Positions 27,772 through 41,247 of a stretch of 64,000 nt of DNA are shown piece by piece. The stretch is taken from positions 22,917,168 through 22,981,167 of the forward strand of contig OZ316892.1 of the NCBI GenBank assembly GCA_973895155.1, in the 5' to 3' direction. The stretch's first letter is position 1; each line of letters starts with the position of its first letter. Position numbers and translations under genes: made by a program. Below the pieces are notes generated by a model. It had not been told where the DNA came from. It was given only the letters and a program-made list of their open reading frames with translations, and did not search any database. This DNA is from Marsupella aquatica. Its lineage: Eukaryota > Plantae > Marchantiophyta.

Positions 27772-29879
27772 AGACGGAGCTGTTCATAATTTATTGATAC
27801 TTACGTTTTCATTAGCCCTATCACGTTGGTAAGATCAGGGATGCTCATTTTTTGAAGATATAGCTAGGTTGATATTGTCATTTGCTCACTTGAAGTGCCG
27901 ATTCGCTCACTAATATGTCAATTCTCAGAATGAGCCTTGCGAAATTTCATGGTTTGTCACAGTATTGGCTTCTCGCCAGGTTTAGGAAGCAATCGTGGTT
28001 CCTTATTATGTGTTTGGGAACCTGCAAGATGCAAGGACCCAGTTGTGACTCCAAGCTGCCAGTTTGTGTCAGTAGATTTCGATGAACGGATTACATAAAT
28101 GTCTAGCAGTCAAGGATTACCGGCCTTGTAATTAAACTCGAGAGAAATAAGAATGATACTGACTGATTCTTGGGACCATCAAGCAATTTCTGCGGCCTCT
28201 TCCAGTCCTTGGGTTTTATTCATGGTCCCGGCATCGTAGTATGTCCAATTTATGTTCCACCCAACTCTTGAGATTTCTCAAGCAGAAATTCTGAGTTCAT
28301 CCGAAAAGAATACACTTTTCATTGGCAATGGTTGGACTGACAAAATGTTTCACAATACGACTTCACGGACAGGTCTTACGCTCTTTGTTGGTGTGTACAC
28401 AAATTGTTGATCTAAGATTGATTTGGTCCTCTGATTTACTGTGCTTCACTTTGAATGCCGCTAGGGACCGGACAGACTCCGCACACATGGCAGGTTCAGG
28501 AAAGAAGGATGATGGGGGGAAACTAGTACGTAATTAGAATTGGAGATTTGCAATCTAACTTCGCTGGGTATCTATCATCAGCAATCAACGAAATAAATAA
28601 CGGAGTCTGAGTGGTAGACTCTTCTACCCACCCAGAAAGCTAGTCCGGCCATGAAGTGGTGGCAGGAATATTTCGGACCCAAACCAAGCAGCCAATGTTG
28701 AAGCGCCAAGAGGTGCAAGCGAAGGTCAATGTTGCGGTTCCAAACGAGTAATGTAAGGATAACATGTCATATTGAAAATGAAAACCCTCGTAGTTTTCTA
28801 TCATCAAAAAAGTTCCGCCACTGAATCTTAACGCATATACAATACCTCAAGGTGACTCTTCAAGAAATCGGCGCTCGGGGAACAAAACGTGAAGATCAAG
28901 GATCTTGCAGAAAAGATGAAGAAAACAACATGTTTTCTCAAATTTTCCAACGACAATACTGAACAGTTCTTAAACTGATATTTTTCGTACTGTAGTGCCT
29001 CTTCTCAAATTCAAAACAAAGCAAGCTCTATGAGTTCAGTAACAGTTTTTCCACCTGTTCGACCTTTGCTGATGATTTCCACGGCTCTCTGCGCGTTCCT
29101 CTAATCTTTGCGTTAGTCATCCATTTTTTTCTGTACAAATAGAAGCTTTCCTGAGACATGGATGGATAGAAAAGCGGACCGATTGCTCCAGTTTGATCTG
29201 CGGAAATTCGTAATGCAGCGTCATTAGAGGATAGGATGGGGAGTCAGTACTTTCAACAGATGGTGGCGAAGTCTGGGGAGCGGAACCAACAAATAGGCAG
29301 AACACATTCACAAATTGTGAAACATTGGGTTTGTGTTATTGCTAAACATAGTTTCAATCGAAACCCTGGAGTGCCCGTCCTTGAAATTCTCACGGATAAG
29401 TTCTAAAGTGTCCGCTCTACGACGACGAGAAAGGTTCCTCAAAGAAGGCATGATGCTTTCACATGTCCTACAAAATTGTTTCTCCTGCTGAAGTTTGTTT
29501 TATTCCGACGAGAACGACGCTGCAATTCCAGTGCCCATCTGGCACCGTCGTGGACATACTAGCAATTCTCAGATGTACCTTTCAAAACCCCCATCCCTTG
29601 AGGACCCTGCTGCGGGTCTGGAACCGATTTCGTACATATGCATCCTCAAAAGGAGAACCTGCTCGGAAGCTCAGCTGGTATTGCAGTCTCGTGTACTTGA
29701 AGAAACTCGCAGAGCCCACAAGGGTGATGGCTGCTTCCAAAATGAACCAAGAGACTATCGAGTTGATTCAACACAGAATCAGGACGACAAGTTTATATGT
29801 CGGTTCATTTTCGGAAGTGGAGAGACTAACAAGGTGAGAAGCCCTTCGACTCTGCTGCTCCAAAAAATTGGCACCTGTT

Positions 29880-30461
29880 TCAGCGGGCGTGCTTGGAATT
29901 CGTGGTATACTCCTCCCCTGCAGCCGCATAAATTTCCCTCTTCACGGTCTCCGCATGCTCCACCATTTCCCTTATCGAAATTTCCGCAAGGGACACACTG
30001 TCTCTAGCTAGGCGTTCCTTTTCCTGCTCTAACCACTCTTTCAGAGTCAAGCCCCGAGAAGGCAATTCTTGCTGATTTCTTGTTTTCTCTTCTCCGTCTC
30101 CGTCTACCACTACATCGTGTGTTTCTGCTTCTTCATCCTGGACACCGCTGATCTTCACATTGACGTCGTTCTCAGGCCCAATTCCAAGACGATCTCCATT
30201 CCGCAGTTCGGTTGGGACGCCAGGGTCAACGAGGACGCCATTGATGTACGTCCCGTTGGAGCTGTTAGAGTCTGTCACGAACCACTGCCCATTCTTAAAC
30301 ACGATGAAGGCATGTCGTTGCGACACTGTGTCGTGCTTGATCGGGAATGCATTGACTCGGGTGCGGCCAATGGTGACCTTCTTCTTCACCGGAAACTCTG
30401 CGACTGTTCCTTCCATTTCCCCCGACACCACATGGAGTTGAAGCTGCTGCTGCCCCGCCAT
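29880..30461 (-). CDS. FHA-domain protein, single exon
   Basis: VTIGRT...IKHDTVSQRHA...VTDSNSSNGTYING...LRNGDRLGIG are canonical FHA motifs. The C-terminal LTLKEWL helix resembles plant FHA proteins. Confidence 0.9.
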   Translation of the reverse strand: MAGQQQLQLHVVSGEMEGTVAEFPVKKKVTIGRTRVNAFPIKHDTVSQRHAFIVFKNGQWFVTDSNSSNGTYINGVLVDPGVPTELRNGDRLGIGPENDVNVKISGVQDEEAETHDVVVDGDGEEKTRNQQELPSRGLTLKEWLEQEKERLARDSVSLAEISIREMVEHAETVKREIYAAAGEEYTTNSKHAR

Positions 30462-31944
30462 CGCCGCCGCACTGGTTCCAGAAAACAAATTCAGCTTCAC
30501 CAAAGCAAGACGAAGCAGAGTGATGAAGCCCTAATTGTCATCGAGATGTTTCGACAAAGCTATCCAAATCCATCCAAAGACATAGCAACTGAGCCGCTCG
30601 GTAAAGAGCAAATTGGCCGACGAGCACGCTGTCTTCGAGTCGGTAGAATTCTACCAGCTACAGAAATGCATCGAGAGCTCATCCCAGGCTTCAGAGTAGG
30701 TGACATTCCACAAATCACATCTGCGCGACTTCAATGTGGCACCATTCTTGCACAGAAAAAGGGCGTCGACTGAGGAGCTGATAATTCGACGAATTTGATG
30801 TGGGCTCGATCATTTGCCACACAGCGTCTCGCTCTGCTGGTGAATCACGGAGACGATGGAGAGCAGCGAAATGTCTGGTGAGCTTTGAGTCGACCATGAG
30901 AAGGGTCGAGACTAGAAATTGGAGTGTCGATGCAGAAGAAGCTTGGCAATTTCAAAAACTGCTCCCCGCCAATTCGATGGTCCCTTCGTCACTAGGGCGA
31001 CGGTTCCATTGACTACGCTCCACCCACACCCTCACAGGGTCACTTATAAGGAGGGGACATGGTAATTGCATATCAAAATGTGTTAATGTAAAGTGTAATA
31101 TGTCATGACGAGCCTTATGCCAATGTGTTGCATGCACAAGGAGGGCCAGCCCATAAAGAGTCGGGCCGGGGAATTTATGGGGTAACGGGAAGCACATATA
31201 TGCCAAGAATGCACATTTATTCTATCAATGGTCAAGGAAAACAGCTAATCAAATTCAATGGGTGTGAATCTTTCATACTCATGAACTTTTTTGTATTGGG
31301 ACTAAGGACAAAACAAAGTGAGATCACTTATTATAGTTGTAGATAAACCCAATTATGCTCTTTAAATCACATAGTGCTAATACATATATATATCATTTTG
31401 TTGTTTAAATCACATAATATTAATCTACATGTGTGTCTGAGTGTTGGTTTTAACAAGGAGTCATGGTAATTGCATATCAAAATGTGGAAACATATGGTGT
31501 ACTATGTCATGATAAACCCAATTGTGCTGTTTAAATAGCATAGTGTCAGTCTCATAGTGGTAATCTACATGTGTGTTTGAATGTTGGTTTTTGATGTGCA
31601 ATTAGAGAGACGCATAAATAAAGAGGTATACGTATACATAATAAAGTCCTGTTTGAGCATAGTGTGCCACAATTTGACAGCTTCCACTCACGGTTTTAGA
31701 GGCTCTTATCCCTTAATGCACTTCAAGGCTATGTATTACCCTTAAAGTGACTGAGACCTTCAGTTAACCTTAAAGTTAAGGTCCATTAAATTTTGAGGTT
31801 TGATAACCCCTATTGGCCTTGTTCATGCTGGTTTGGTCACTCGTCACATATCATTTATGCCCCCATTATTACTGTCTTTGACTATGGTCTCAGTCTCTTT
31901 TCTTCCTCTAGTCTAACTACTAAGTCGAGGTACATCAAATTGTG

Positions 31945-32725
31945 AGGTTTTGAGAACCCTATTGGTATTGTTCACATTTTTTTAGGTTCCAGACCCCAAG
32001 TAGCATTGCTCACATTTTTTAGGTTTGAGACCCCTATTGGTATTGTTCACATTTGTTAGGTTTGAGACCCCTATTGGTATTGTTCATATTTTATAGTTTT
32101 CAGTCCCCTATTGGTCTTGTTCACGTTTTTGAGGTTTGAGACCCCTATTAGTATTGTTCACATTTTTTAGGTTCCATACGCTTATTGGTATTGTTCACAT
32201 TTTTTAGTTTCCAGACCTGTATTGGTATTGTTCACATCTTTTGTAGTTCCAGACCCCTATTGGTACTCTTCACATTTTTGAGGTTTGAGACCCCTATATA
32301 TATTATTCAACCTCACAAACGTGAACAATACCAATAGGGGACTATTGTTCACATTTTTGAGGTTCCAGGCCCCTACTGGTATCGTTCACATTTTTGAGGT
32401 TTGAGACCCTTACAGGTATGATTCAACCTCAAAAACGGGAACAATACCAATAGGGGACTATTGTTCACATTTTTGAGGTTCCAGGCCCCTACTGGTATCG
32501 TTCACATTTTTTAGGTTTGAGACCCCTATAGATATGGTTCCCGTTTGAGACCCCTATAGATATGATTCAACCTCAAAAACGGGAACAATATCAATAGGGG
32601 TCTCAAACCTAAAAAATGTGAACAATACCAATAGGGGACTATTGTTCACATTTTTGAGGTTCCAGGCCCCTACTCATATCGTTCACATTTTTGAGGTTCT
32701 AGGCCCCTACTGGTATTGTTCACGG
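31945..32725. repeat. ~37-bp minisatellite (CCCCTATTGGTATTGTTCACATTTTTGAGGTTTGAGA) with internally inverted units
   Basis: More than 15 imperfect direct copies, with reverse-complement units (aacctcaaaaa.g.gaacaataccaatagggg) at about 32309, 32425, 32569 and 32606. Confidence 0.92.
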
Positions 32726-33881
32726 TGGTTTGGTAACGCGCCTAGTATCATTTATGCCCCCAAATCAACGTCCCCAAGTATGGTCGTGATCACGTACACG
32801 ACACGGGAAACCTTTTTTCACCTTCCGCCGCTGTTTCTATTGCGCCGCACATCTCTCTCTCTCGCCTGAGGTTTCTCGAGAGTTTCCATCATTCGCTTCC
32901 TCTGTTCCCGACTGCCGCACATCGCATCTCGATCCCCTCTTTCGACTCTCGATTTCCTCCTCCAGCCCCGATTCCATTCGTGCGACCGTCGCAGGTGAGA
33001 AAACGATTCTCTCGATACCCTGTTCTCTGCCTCCAGTGCTGTGGTTTTCGACATCTTGTGAGGTTTCTGGAGCTTTTCTGAACTCATCCGCTTCCCTCGT
33101 TCCCGACTGGCACGCTTCTCTCGTCCAGCCCGATTCCATTCGTATGACAGTCGCAGGTGAAAAATGATTCTTACGATTAAGGTCTCTCTGGCTTTAGTTC
33201 TTTAGTTTCCTCGATCGATGTCACATTCTCGATTTGGCTTGAAAATGTCGATGTTAGGCTTCCCTCTCGGAGTACTTCTGACCATACTTGCTGTATAAGG
33301 GTTTCGGCTACTGTAGTTTTCGCCGTTGATTTTCTCTCTTTGGGTTTGGTTGGTCAAGGTTAGGTTTTCTTTCAGTCTGGTTAGTTCCTGCGGTCGATTT
33401 TCTCGATTCGGCATTGTTGAGTTGAGGCTAGGTTTTCTTCAGTGAGCCCTTGCTTGAAGGATTCTAGGTCGTGACGGAGCGTGGCGTGAGTAGTTCGGAG
33501 TCTTGGGTCCTTTTTTGTTGCGGTGCGTGTTTGCGCGATTTGGGAGGATCGTTGGCTTGATTGGAAAGGTTTGCATGTCGATCGTTTTGAAGCGGTTGAG
33601 GTGAGCGGTCGGAGTGAGGGTAATTGCGGTTGATGACCTATGGCGTGATGTGTGGTCGGTTGGGGCTTCCGCTTTTCGGAACCGGTCCTCCTCTTGCTGT
33701 GCATGCTGGTGCTGCTAACGTGGTGTGTCCCTTGTCATGTTCCTTGTGTTCTGTGACTGAATATATTTGTTGTGTTTTTCCGTGAACGCAGGTTTTAAAC
33801 TTAGTGGCGTGCTTGCTTTTACTTCCTCGCAGTCCAAGAGTTAGTAGTTGAACGAGGTTTGCTCGATCAGAAGACGCCGAG

Positions 33882-36745
33882 ATGGTATGTCTCTTTCTAT
33901 TTTCTGACGGTTGGCGCATGATACTTTTCGTTCCACTTCATGGGTCGTCGCCTCAGCAAACGAGTTACAGATTGCGTTGGCTCTGATCAAATGTCGTTTT
34001 TTCTGGGATGTAGAGAGTGTTTCGGTGATTGGCTCACTCAGTCTGATTTGTCTCGTTCATTTAGGTCAATCTTTAAATGTGGTGTGGAACCTTTGAAGTT
34101 CTGATTGTCTCCGGATATCAGCTCACAAGTGGGAAGGTCGTTTATTGAAAGGGGAAATTAGAAATATCTCGTTCACTTACTTTGCGCTAGAGGTGTTGGA
34201 ACAGCTAAGTCACTTTGTAGCAGCAAGAGAAGGGGTTGCACATTAGACGAAAGGGGTTGAACGGTATTATACGGGTTGAGGCTGACTGTTTTCTGTATCT
34301 TGTAATTTCAGGCAGACTCACCAAGGCGCAGGTACACATCTGAAACATTACTCTGGTTTTGGGGTTTTTTCGTGTCGATTAGTTGGGCCAGAGCATAAGC
34401 AAGAAGATAATGAGTAGAACATCCCGAGGCCAGCTTGACGTGCGACATGGGTGTGCATTACTCTTCCAAGTGACATGCAAGAGAATTCACAAGTGTCAAT
34501 TATTTGCAGATATCACTCCTCATCGCCACGGAATTACCGCTCGCGGTCACGTTCCCGAAGTCCAGGCAGGTTAGCTTTCGCATACCTCACTTTGCCCCAG
34601 TGTAGGTCTAAGTTGTGGTCTGATCGTATGCACTTTCTGACTTTCTAGTCGTCAGGAGTTTTGGTTTTGTGACAAGTCGCATGTGCCGGGGCGATACAGG
34701 AGTTATGGAGCCAGAGAGGCCGCAAACAACCCAGGCAACAACTTATACGTCACCGGGTTGTCAACTCGGGTCACGGAGAAGGACCTCGAGGATCATTTCT
34801 CAGCGGAGGGAAAGGTGGGTTTTGCAATGTTTTCTCTTAAATTTGTACTCATTAGTTGAATGAAGGTCCAGGAAATAGTGTGGTGTGATTGTTTTGGTGG
34901 TCTGCATCTTGATCACTATACTTCTGTTGTAGAGTTCAAAATGCCCTTAGCTTTTTTGGAAACTGTTTGTGCTTTCATTTTGTCCTAGTTTGAGGTGCAA
35001 AAACTGATTTAGCTTCTTAAGCCTCTGCCGCACTGATGCTGACATCATTCTGTACCCTTTGGTCGGCAGGTTCTTGAATGCCGGCTAGTAGTTGATCCGC
35101 GCACTCGGGAGTCGAGGGGTTTCGGGTTTGTTACAATGGACAGTTCAGAAGACGCGGAGCGCTCCATCAAGTATTTGAACCGCTCCATTCTTGAAGGTCG
35201 TGTGATTTCGGTTGAGAAGGTAATGTGATGATGGAGAAATGGGTTTGTTGAGGAAAATTTGTGTATTTCTGTGGCAGGTCTTGCGTTTTGTTGAGCTAAG
35301 TCTTTGATCTGTGAATGGGATCACTCGTAGAGCTAGATTGCTTAGTCATATGCTGATAGTACTGCTCTTTTGGATCCTTCGTTTATTCAGAAGTTTCGTC
35401 TCAACTATACTGGCAGCAAGGCAGCTGTTTTGTTTCAGCATCAGCACTTGAGAGCATTCCAACTTAATCAACATGAGCAATTCACCAACTTAATCAGGCT
35501 CTAAGTCTGTTTGCACACTCGACAAATTGGCCCCGTCGACTTGCGCAACATGTCGAACCCCTTTGTCAAAGATACAGCCATATCTCGCAAGTAAAACAGG
35601 TGTTTATCGATTAGAGTACAAATTTTTGTTGGGATTAATGAAGTTGCCAGCCACGACTCACTTCGAGTTTGAGCCTTTCCTGGTTTTCCATGAAAGGCAC
35701 CAATGAGTAGTACAAGTAGCATCAGCATGCTCAGTCCAGCTGTTGGAATCCTTCACAAAGACTCAACTGCTACCAACTGCAGCTGCACAACCTAGTTTTT
35801 ATGGGTCAGTACCAGCGACACGGCTATTCTCACCCGTACGTAAGATCAAGCTCAGTTTCAAGCTCAGTTTCAAGCTCCACAAGGGCAAGCAAACCTCTTT
35901 TCTCCAGCAGAATTTCACTCCACCTATCAGAGTAATGTGTCTTCCCTAGACTGCTCAGCAAGTTGGAACGATATGGTTTGCACCCGGCCAGCACCATACC
36001 ACACTTAAATCATAATTATTCGATGGTTCACTACAGAACGTAGGGAGGCAGTGAAATGGGCTTAGAGTTGACTCCGAAGATAGTTGCATTCTCCACCTTA
36101 CCTTGCGTATCTTAGCACACAGAAAACATTACTGTAGACGAATATAGTGTGAGGAGGGGAGGATCTGTGGACATTGTCGGACGTCTTACGCTCATTCTGT
36201 GTTGACAGCTTGACATGATTTTCTGTGGGCCCCATAAGGTTGGCAATCTATTTCATGCATTTCTGAGTTTGACATATATCTTAGTGAGTGGTACAGGCAA
36301 AGCGAAAGCGTGCGCGGACTCCGACACCTGGGAAGTATCTCGGTGTAAGAAGCGCAAGGGAAATTTGTGAGTATCTTTTTCGTTTCAGACCTTCTCCATA
36401 TTTTTGAATTGTGATTTGTCCCATCAGTTGAAATTTCTCTTCTGTTCTCTGTGCATGACTGTTGCAAACTGTGTTGTTTCCCCAGCAGCCTCTTTGCACG
36501 ACAATGATCGAAGGCGAGGAAGCTATGATGGGGGTCGAGGAGACAGTCATAGCTCGCGCCGATCTCCTAGATACTCGCCGTATCGTGGTGGACGTGACTA
36601 TTCACCGCAATCGTCACCTTATCGTGGAGGAGGCAGCAGTTACCGACGTGAACGTTCGCTCTCTCCGTACCGAAGCCCGCCAAGACGAGGTTATGCTTAC
36701 AAGTCAAGGTCGCGATCTCGCTCTTCGACTCCTTACTATCGGTGA
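33882..36745 (+). CDS. SR45a: Serine/arginine-rich splicing factor SR45a (Tra2-like RRM)
   Basis: An ATG-only first coding exon, then ADSPRR, RSRSRS, NPGNNLYVTGLSTRVTEKDLEDHFS, DPRTRESRGFGFVTM, AKRKRARTPTPGKYLG and an RS/SP-rich C-terminus. Confidence 0.92.
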
Positions 36746-37960
36746 ACACGGTGTCGATGATTGATCTACTTTTTTGAGGACCATGACTTGGCTGTCATCA
36801 ACCTCAGGGGTTCCTTTTCTTTCTCCTGCCTGTTGTCGAAGCAGCTCTGGAATGCTCTTTGGCAACTGTGCCAGTGTTCACAAATTATGGCCTTTTTAGA
36901 GACAATCAGGAACCCCTAGTTGTAATACTACCTTCTTGGTTTGATAGGGAGTATTGGGCTTGAGCAAGTCTTAAGTGGTTCTTCGTCATTGGGAGTTGTC
37001 TCCAGTGCAGGCAGGACCTGTACATGGGTATCCTGGACTAGGAGCCGTACCCAGTGCTGGACTTGGGGAAGACCCAAAGTCTGCTGGAGTTACGTCATCC
37101 TTCTCTATGGAGGTCAAGCGGTGTAATGCGATCAATTGTGTAGCAATTATCTATTTGTCTGTTGTGCATGTCGGTTCAAGACAATGATCCGTATGATTAG
37201 GTTCTGTAGTTCCGCCTGTGGAAGAGATTCATTGGATGATTATCCAGTCCAGGAAATCAGGAAAGGAGGGTACATTGTGTATATCGCAAATTAAAGAAAT
37301 TGCTGAAGTGATTTACATTTTACATTCGACGCTTCGTGAGGTGATTCGTGTATTGGCATAGTACAGATGTTCATTTCAATTCACTTTAGTATACACAAAT
37401 TAATTCGTCATGAGCTCTGACTAGTTTGACCTAGTACAGGATATTGGCCGGGAAGCATTACACAAGATTCTAGCTTCACGTTTGATTTGCTTGAATATTT
37501 GGATGCCTCGTTCGTATTCAAATCTGTCTTAGCTTCGTTATTATAGGATATTCTTCTGTTCGTTATTCCTGAATTCCTTTCTACCCTTTCCAGCTACTCT
37601 ATTTTCAACTACCCTATCCTACCCTCGACATCTCTCTGGAATTTTGGGTTCCTAATACTCGACCTTTTTCCAGTCTCGAAGGACCTCGGTCAGTGAATAA
37701 CTTCAAGAGCAGTGGCCCCCACTTTGAAACGATAATCGTTAACAAAGCAGAAATGACCACAAGGCTCGCAGGATTCGTAGTATGAATTCTTCATTTCGTC
37801 GCTGTTCATTTTTGTCATTCCCTTATTCGTCACCACCGTCGTCTTTCACAAGAGTAGTCTCTCATTTTCGAAGTAGAGCGTGAATATATATTGCACACGC
37901 TCCACTTTGAAGATATCAAATAAAAGTAGAGCCTGTGCAATATATCAAGTCAAAGTAGAG

Positions 37961-38672
37961 CCAGTGCAATATGTGTCTAGTCTCCGAGCTTCGAGGGTCT
38001 TGTCGACTGAGAGTAAGAAGTGAGGAGGATTCGAGTGTTCGGAAGAAAATCCAGTATCCATGTCAACTATGAACCAGAGCTGTCGGGACTCATCCTGTTG
38101 GTACAGTAAGCCCTGTTAGAATGTCTTACTTTGAAGCCCATGAAAGAACACAATTCTAGCTCTAGCTTCTCATGCGGCTCGGGGCAATACACCATGTCAT
38201 TGAGCTCCAGCGAGACCAATTTAGGGATTGACGTGTACAGTCGCATCTCTCTCTCAAGGTGGAAAGAAGTACCAGAGGTCCAGTCGCATCTCTCTCTCGA
38301 GGTGGAAAGAAGTACCAGAGGTCCAGTGGCTGCTGAAGCCATTTCATCAGAGATATTGACACGTTCTGCTGAAGCCATTTCATCAGAGATATTGACACGT
38401 TGGTGCTTTAGGTGAACATGGACATTCTCATTATTGTGCATTAAGAATTACCAGAGTACGCCTTGGTGAGCTCGAGTATAACAGGTGAGGATGCAGTAGA
38501 AGCCAACTTTTGCAGAAGCTGGTTCCATAACCGAAGAGGGACATAAATTGAACTGATCCATGTAAATGAGTAACTTGTGCATACCAATAAGTAGATCTAG
38601 GGGAAACGGAGTCCTAGATTAGTGCACTCCGTTCACAAAAGTCAGAAATCCCAGTCAAAGCGAGTGGGATCA
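37961..38672 (-). pseudogene. Inverted partial duplicate of the 5' region of the HNL gene (matches ~40838-41503)
   Basis: Reverse-complement matches include ccagtgcaatatgtgtctagtc vs gactagacatgtattgcactgg, aatccagtatccatgtcaac vs gttgacatggatactggatt, and aaagcgagtgggat vs atcccactcgcttt. The translation LNDMVYCPEPHEKLELE..FMGFKVRHSN parallels the HNL hydrolase start and carries frameshifts. Confidence 0.88.
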
Positions 38673-39409
38673 TAGCACGAAGACAAAATTAGACGATCGA
38701 AGGCACACTTTTTTTACAAGGATAAAACATGGATTCAAAGAAATCAAGCAATACAAATCCCAATTCTGTTGCCTCCCACTCAATCCCAAAACATAAACAA
38801 AAGCCCAAATGGACTGAGACATTGTCCCTGCCTGTCCCTATGGACTGCCTCGTGCAACTTCTACACCAAATTTTTAAAAGAAACTGGTTGTGGATAGCAG
38901 TTGAGTTCTTTGATTACCTTGGGGAGAAAGTAGTCAAGACGTCATGGTGATCATGAGTAATGACATGATATTTTAACATCTTTCAGGTTCAAGGTCGTCA
39001 ACTTACCGAGGAAACCCTTTCAGTAATGTAATTGAAACCAACGGCAAATGGTAACGAGACTGTTTACAGGTCACATTTCAGTCAAAAATGTAAACAATGT
39101 TATCCGAGTCAATTTAAATGTCACGAGCAAGTCCATCAATTTAACTGTCATGAGCAAGTCCATCTAAACTTGAAGGGGCTTGATAGACAAAGTGGAGGTC
39201 CATTTAGGCTTTAGTTTCCCCAAAACATGTTGAAAATAATTTTCAATTTGGTAATTTATTGAGAAGATTGGAATAGCACGACTGTAGTACTTAACAGACT
39301 TCCGTCACATGCAAACGCATATCAGAGTGTTGCTCCGAAACTACACTACTGAAATTGTCGCCAAAATGGATTCCCATGAACACCTTTTCTACGACACTAC
39401 TGAGATGAC

Positions 39410-40335
39410 GGATTTGGAGGTCGGACTGTCAATCAATTGGTGAAGCGTTGGAACTAAATTGAAGCACCAGACATAATTCGCAGTCTGTGAAGGACAGAAC
39501 CATTTTGGCCGAGTAACACATTCAGAACTTTCTTCTGTAGATTCTTTTTACAGTCAAGAGACTCAACAAGATTATGATCAATATTATACTCTACTAGAGT
39601 AGGACGGTGAGGGTTTGAAGTCCAAGCTCATTGATCTGTCCGAGTCAATCTAGTTCGTCGATCGCAGGACCGTTTTTCAGCACTCCGAAGGCTCCCTTCG
39701 CACCTGTGATGCAATTTGAGGTCGGACTGTCATTCAATAGGTGAAGCGTTGGAACTGAATTGAAGCACCAGACAGAATTGGCAGTCGGTGAAGGACGAAA
39801 CCAGTTTGGCCGAGTAACACCTTCAGAACTTTCTTCTCCAGATCCTTCTTACAACCAAGGGATTCAACAAGATTATGATCAATATTATACTCTACTAGAG
39901 TAGGACGGTGAGAGTTTGAAGTCCTAGCTCATTCATCTGTCCGAGTCAATCTAGTTCGTCGATCGCAGGACCGTTTTTCAGCACTTCGAAGGCTCCCTTC
40001 GCACCTGGGATGCAATTGGAGGTCGGACTGTCATTCAATAGGTGAAGCGTTACACCTGACTTGAAGCACCAGACAGAATTGGCAGTTGGTGAAGGCTTGT
40101 TTGGAACCTCTGAAGCAATTGGAGGTCGGACTGTTACTCAATTGGTGAAACCTTGGAACTGAATTGAAGCACCAGACAGGATTGGCAGTCGGTGAAGGTT
40201 TGTTTGGAACCTCTGATGCAATTGGAGGTCGGACTGTAACGCAATTGGTGAAACCTTGGAACTGAATTGAAGCACCAGACAGAATTGGCAGTAGGTGAAG
40301 GACGAAGCCATTTTGGCCGAGTAACACCTTTAGAA
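39410..40335. repeat. Compound tandem repeat (two ~301-bp units, then ~103-bp sub-units) upstream of the HNL gene
   Basis: The anchor gaggtcggactgt occurs at about 39417, 39718, 40019, 40122 and 40225. Confidence 0.9.
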
Positions 40336-41247
40336 CTTTGTTCTCTAGATCTTGCCCTCGTAGTCTCTGTAAGGAAACCCCGCGAGCTTCGATTTGAAAG
40401 ATTCAGAGGACTGTAGAACGCCAACGGATTGAAGTACAGAGGAGCGGGAGCGAAAGTCCAGGGACTTATTCAACTTTAATTTGTTGTCTGATATGCAATC
40501 AAAGTCCGGCTGCGAATGATTCATACTTAGCGTGGGACATCGACAATGGGAGCCGGAGTTTACTCGTTGGAGAGAAGAGAAGGTACCGCTACTACCGCTA
40601 CTACCTCGATAAGGGATTTACTGCGCGGACGATATGACGGTTCCTCCATTGTGTCAGCTAATTTTGCAGTCCCAAGAGCATCCGGAGCTTTGGGTTTAGA
40701 CAGCGTGAGGTAGAGGACAGAATGGGTCGTTAAAATTGATGATACAAAGATTCATAGAATCCGCTTCACTGAATTTAGATGCGATATAGGATTTCAGTGA
40801 GATCTCCGACCGACCGTCCTATCGTTCTCATCACTCGATCCCACTCGCTTTGACTTGGATTTCCAACTTTTTGTGCAGGAGCACTTATCTAGAACTGCAT
40901 TTCCCGTGGTTCTCTCATTAGAGTGCGCAAGTTACTCATTATCATGGATCAGTCCAATTTAACGTCCCTGTTCGGTTTATGGAACCAGCTTCAGCAAAAG
41001 TTAGCTTCTACTGCATCCTCCAGTTCCCCATTTGTTATACCCGAGCTCACCAAGGTATTCCCTCTGGTCATTCCTTATGCACAATAGAGAATGCCCATAT
41101 TTGTCTAAAGCACCAACGTGTCAATAACTTTTTTCAAATGGCTTCAGCAGCTAGTGGTCCTCTGATATTTCTTTCCACCTTGAGTGCGAGATGCTACTTT
41201 ACACGTAAATTGTCAAACTGGCTAATTCTCGCTTTGCATTCCTGTAG

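Noticed and set aside
30069-30773. 234-aa plus-strand ORF (and ORF 29495-30007)
   Set aside because: These overlap the FHA gene in antisense and show no motifs.
31945-32725. CRISPR-like appearance of the 37-bp repeats (also the arrays at 6.8 kb and 26.2 kb)
   Set aside because: The units are contiguous with no unique spacers, there are no cas genes, and the context is eukaryotic.
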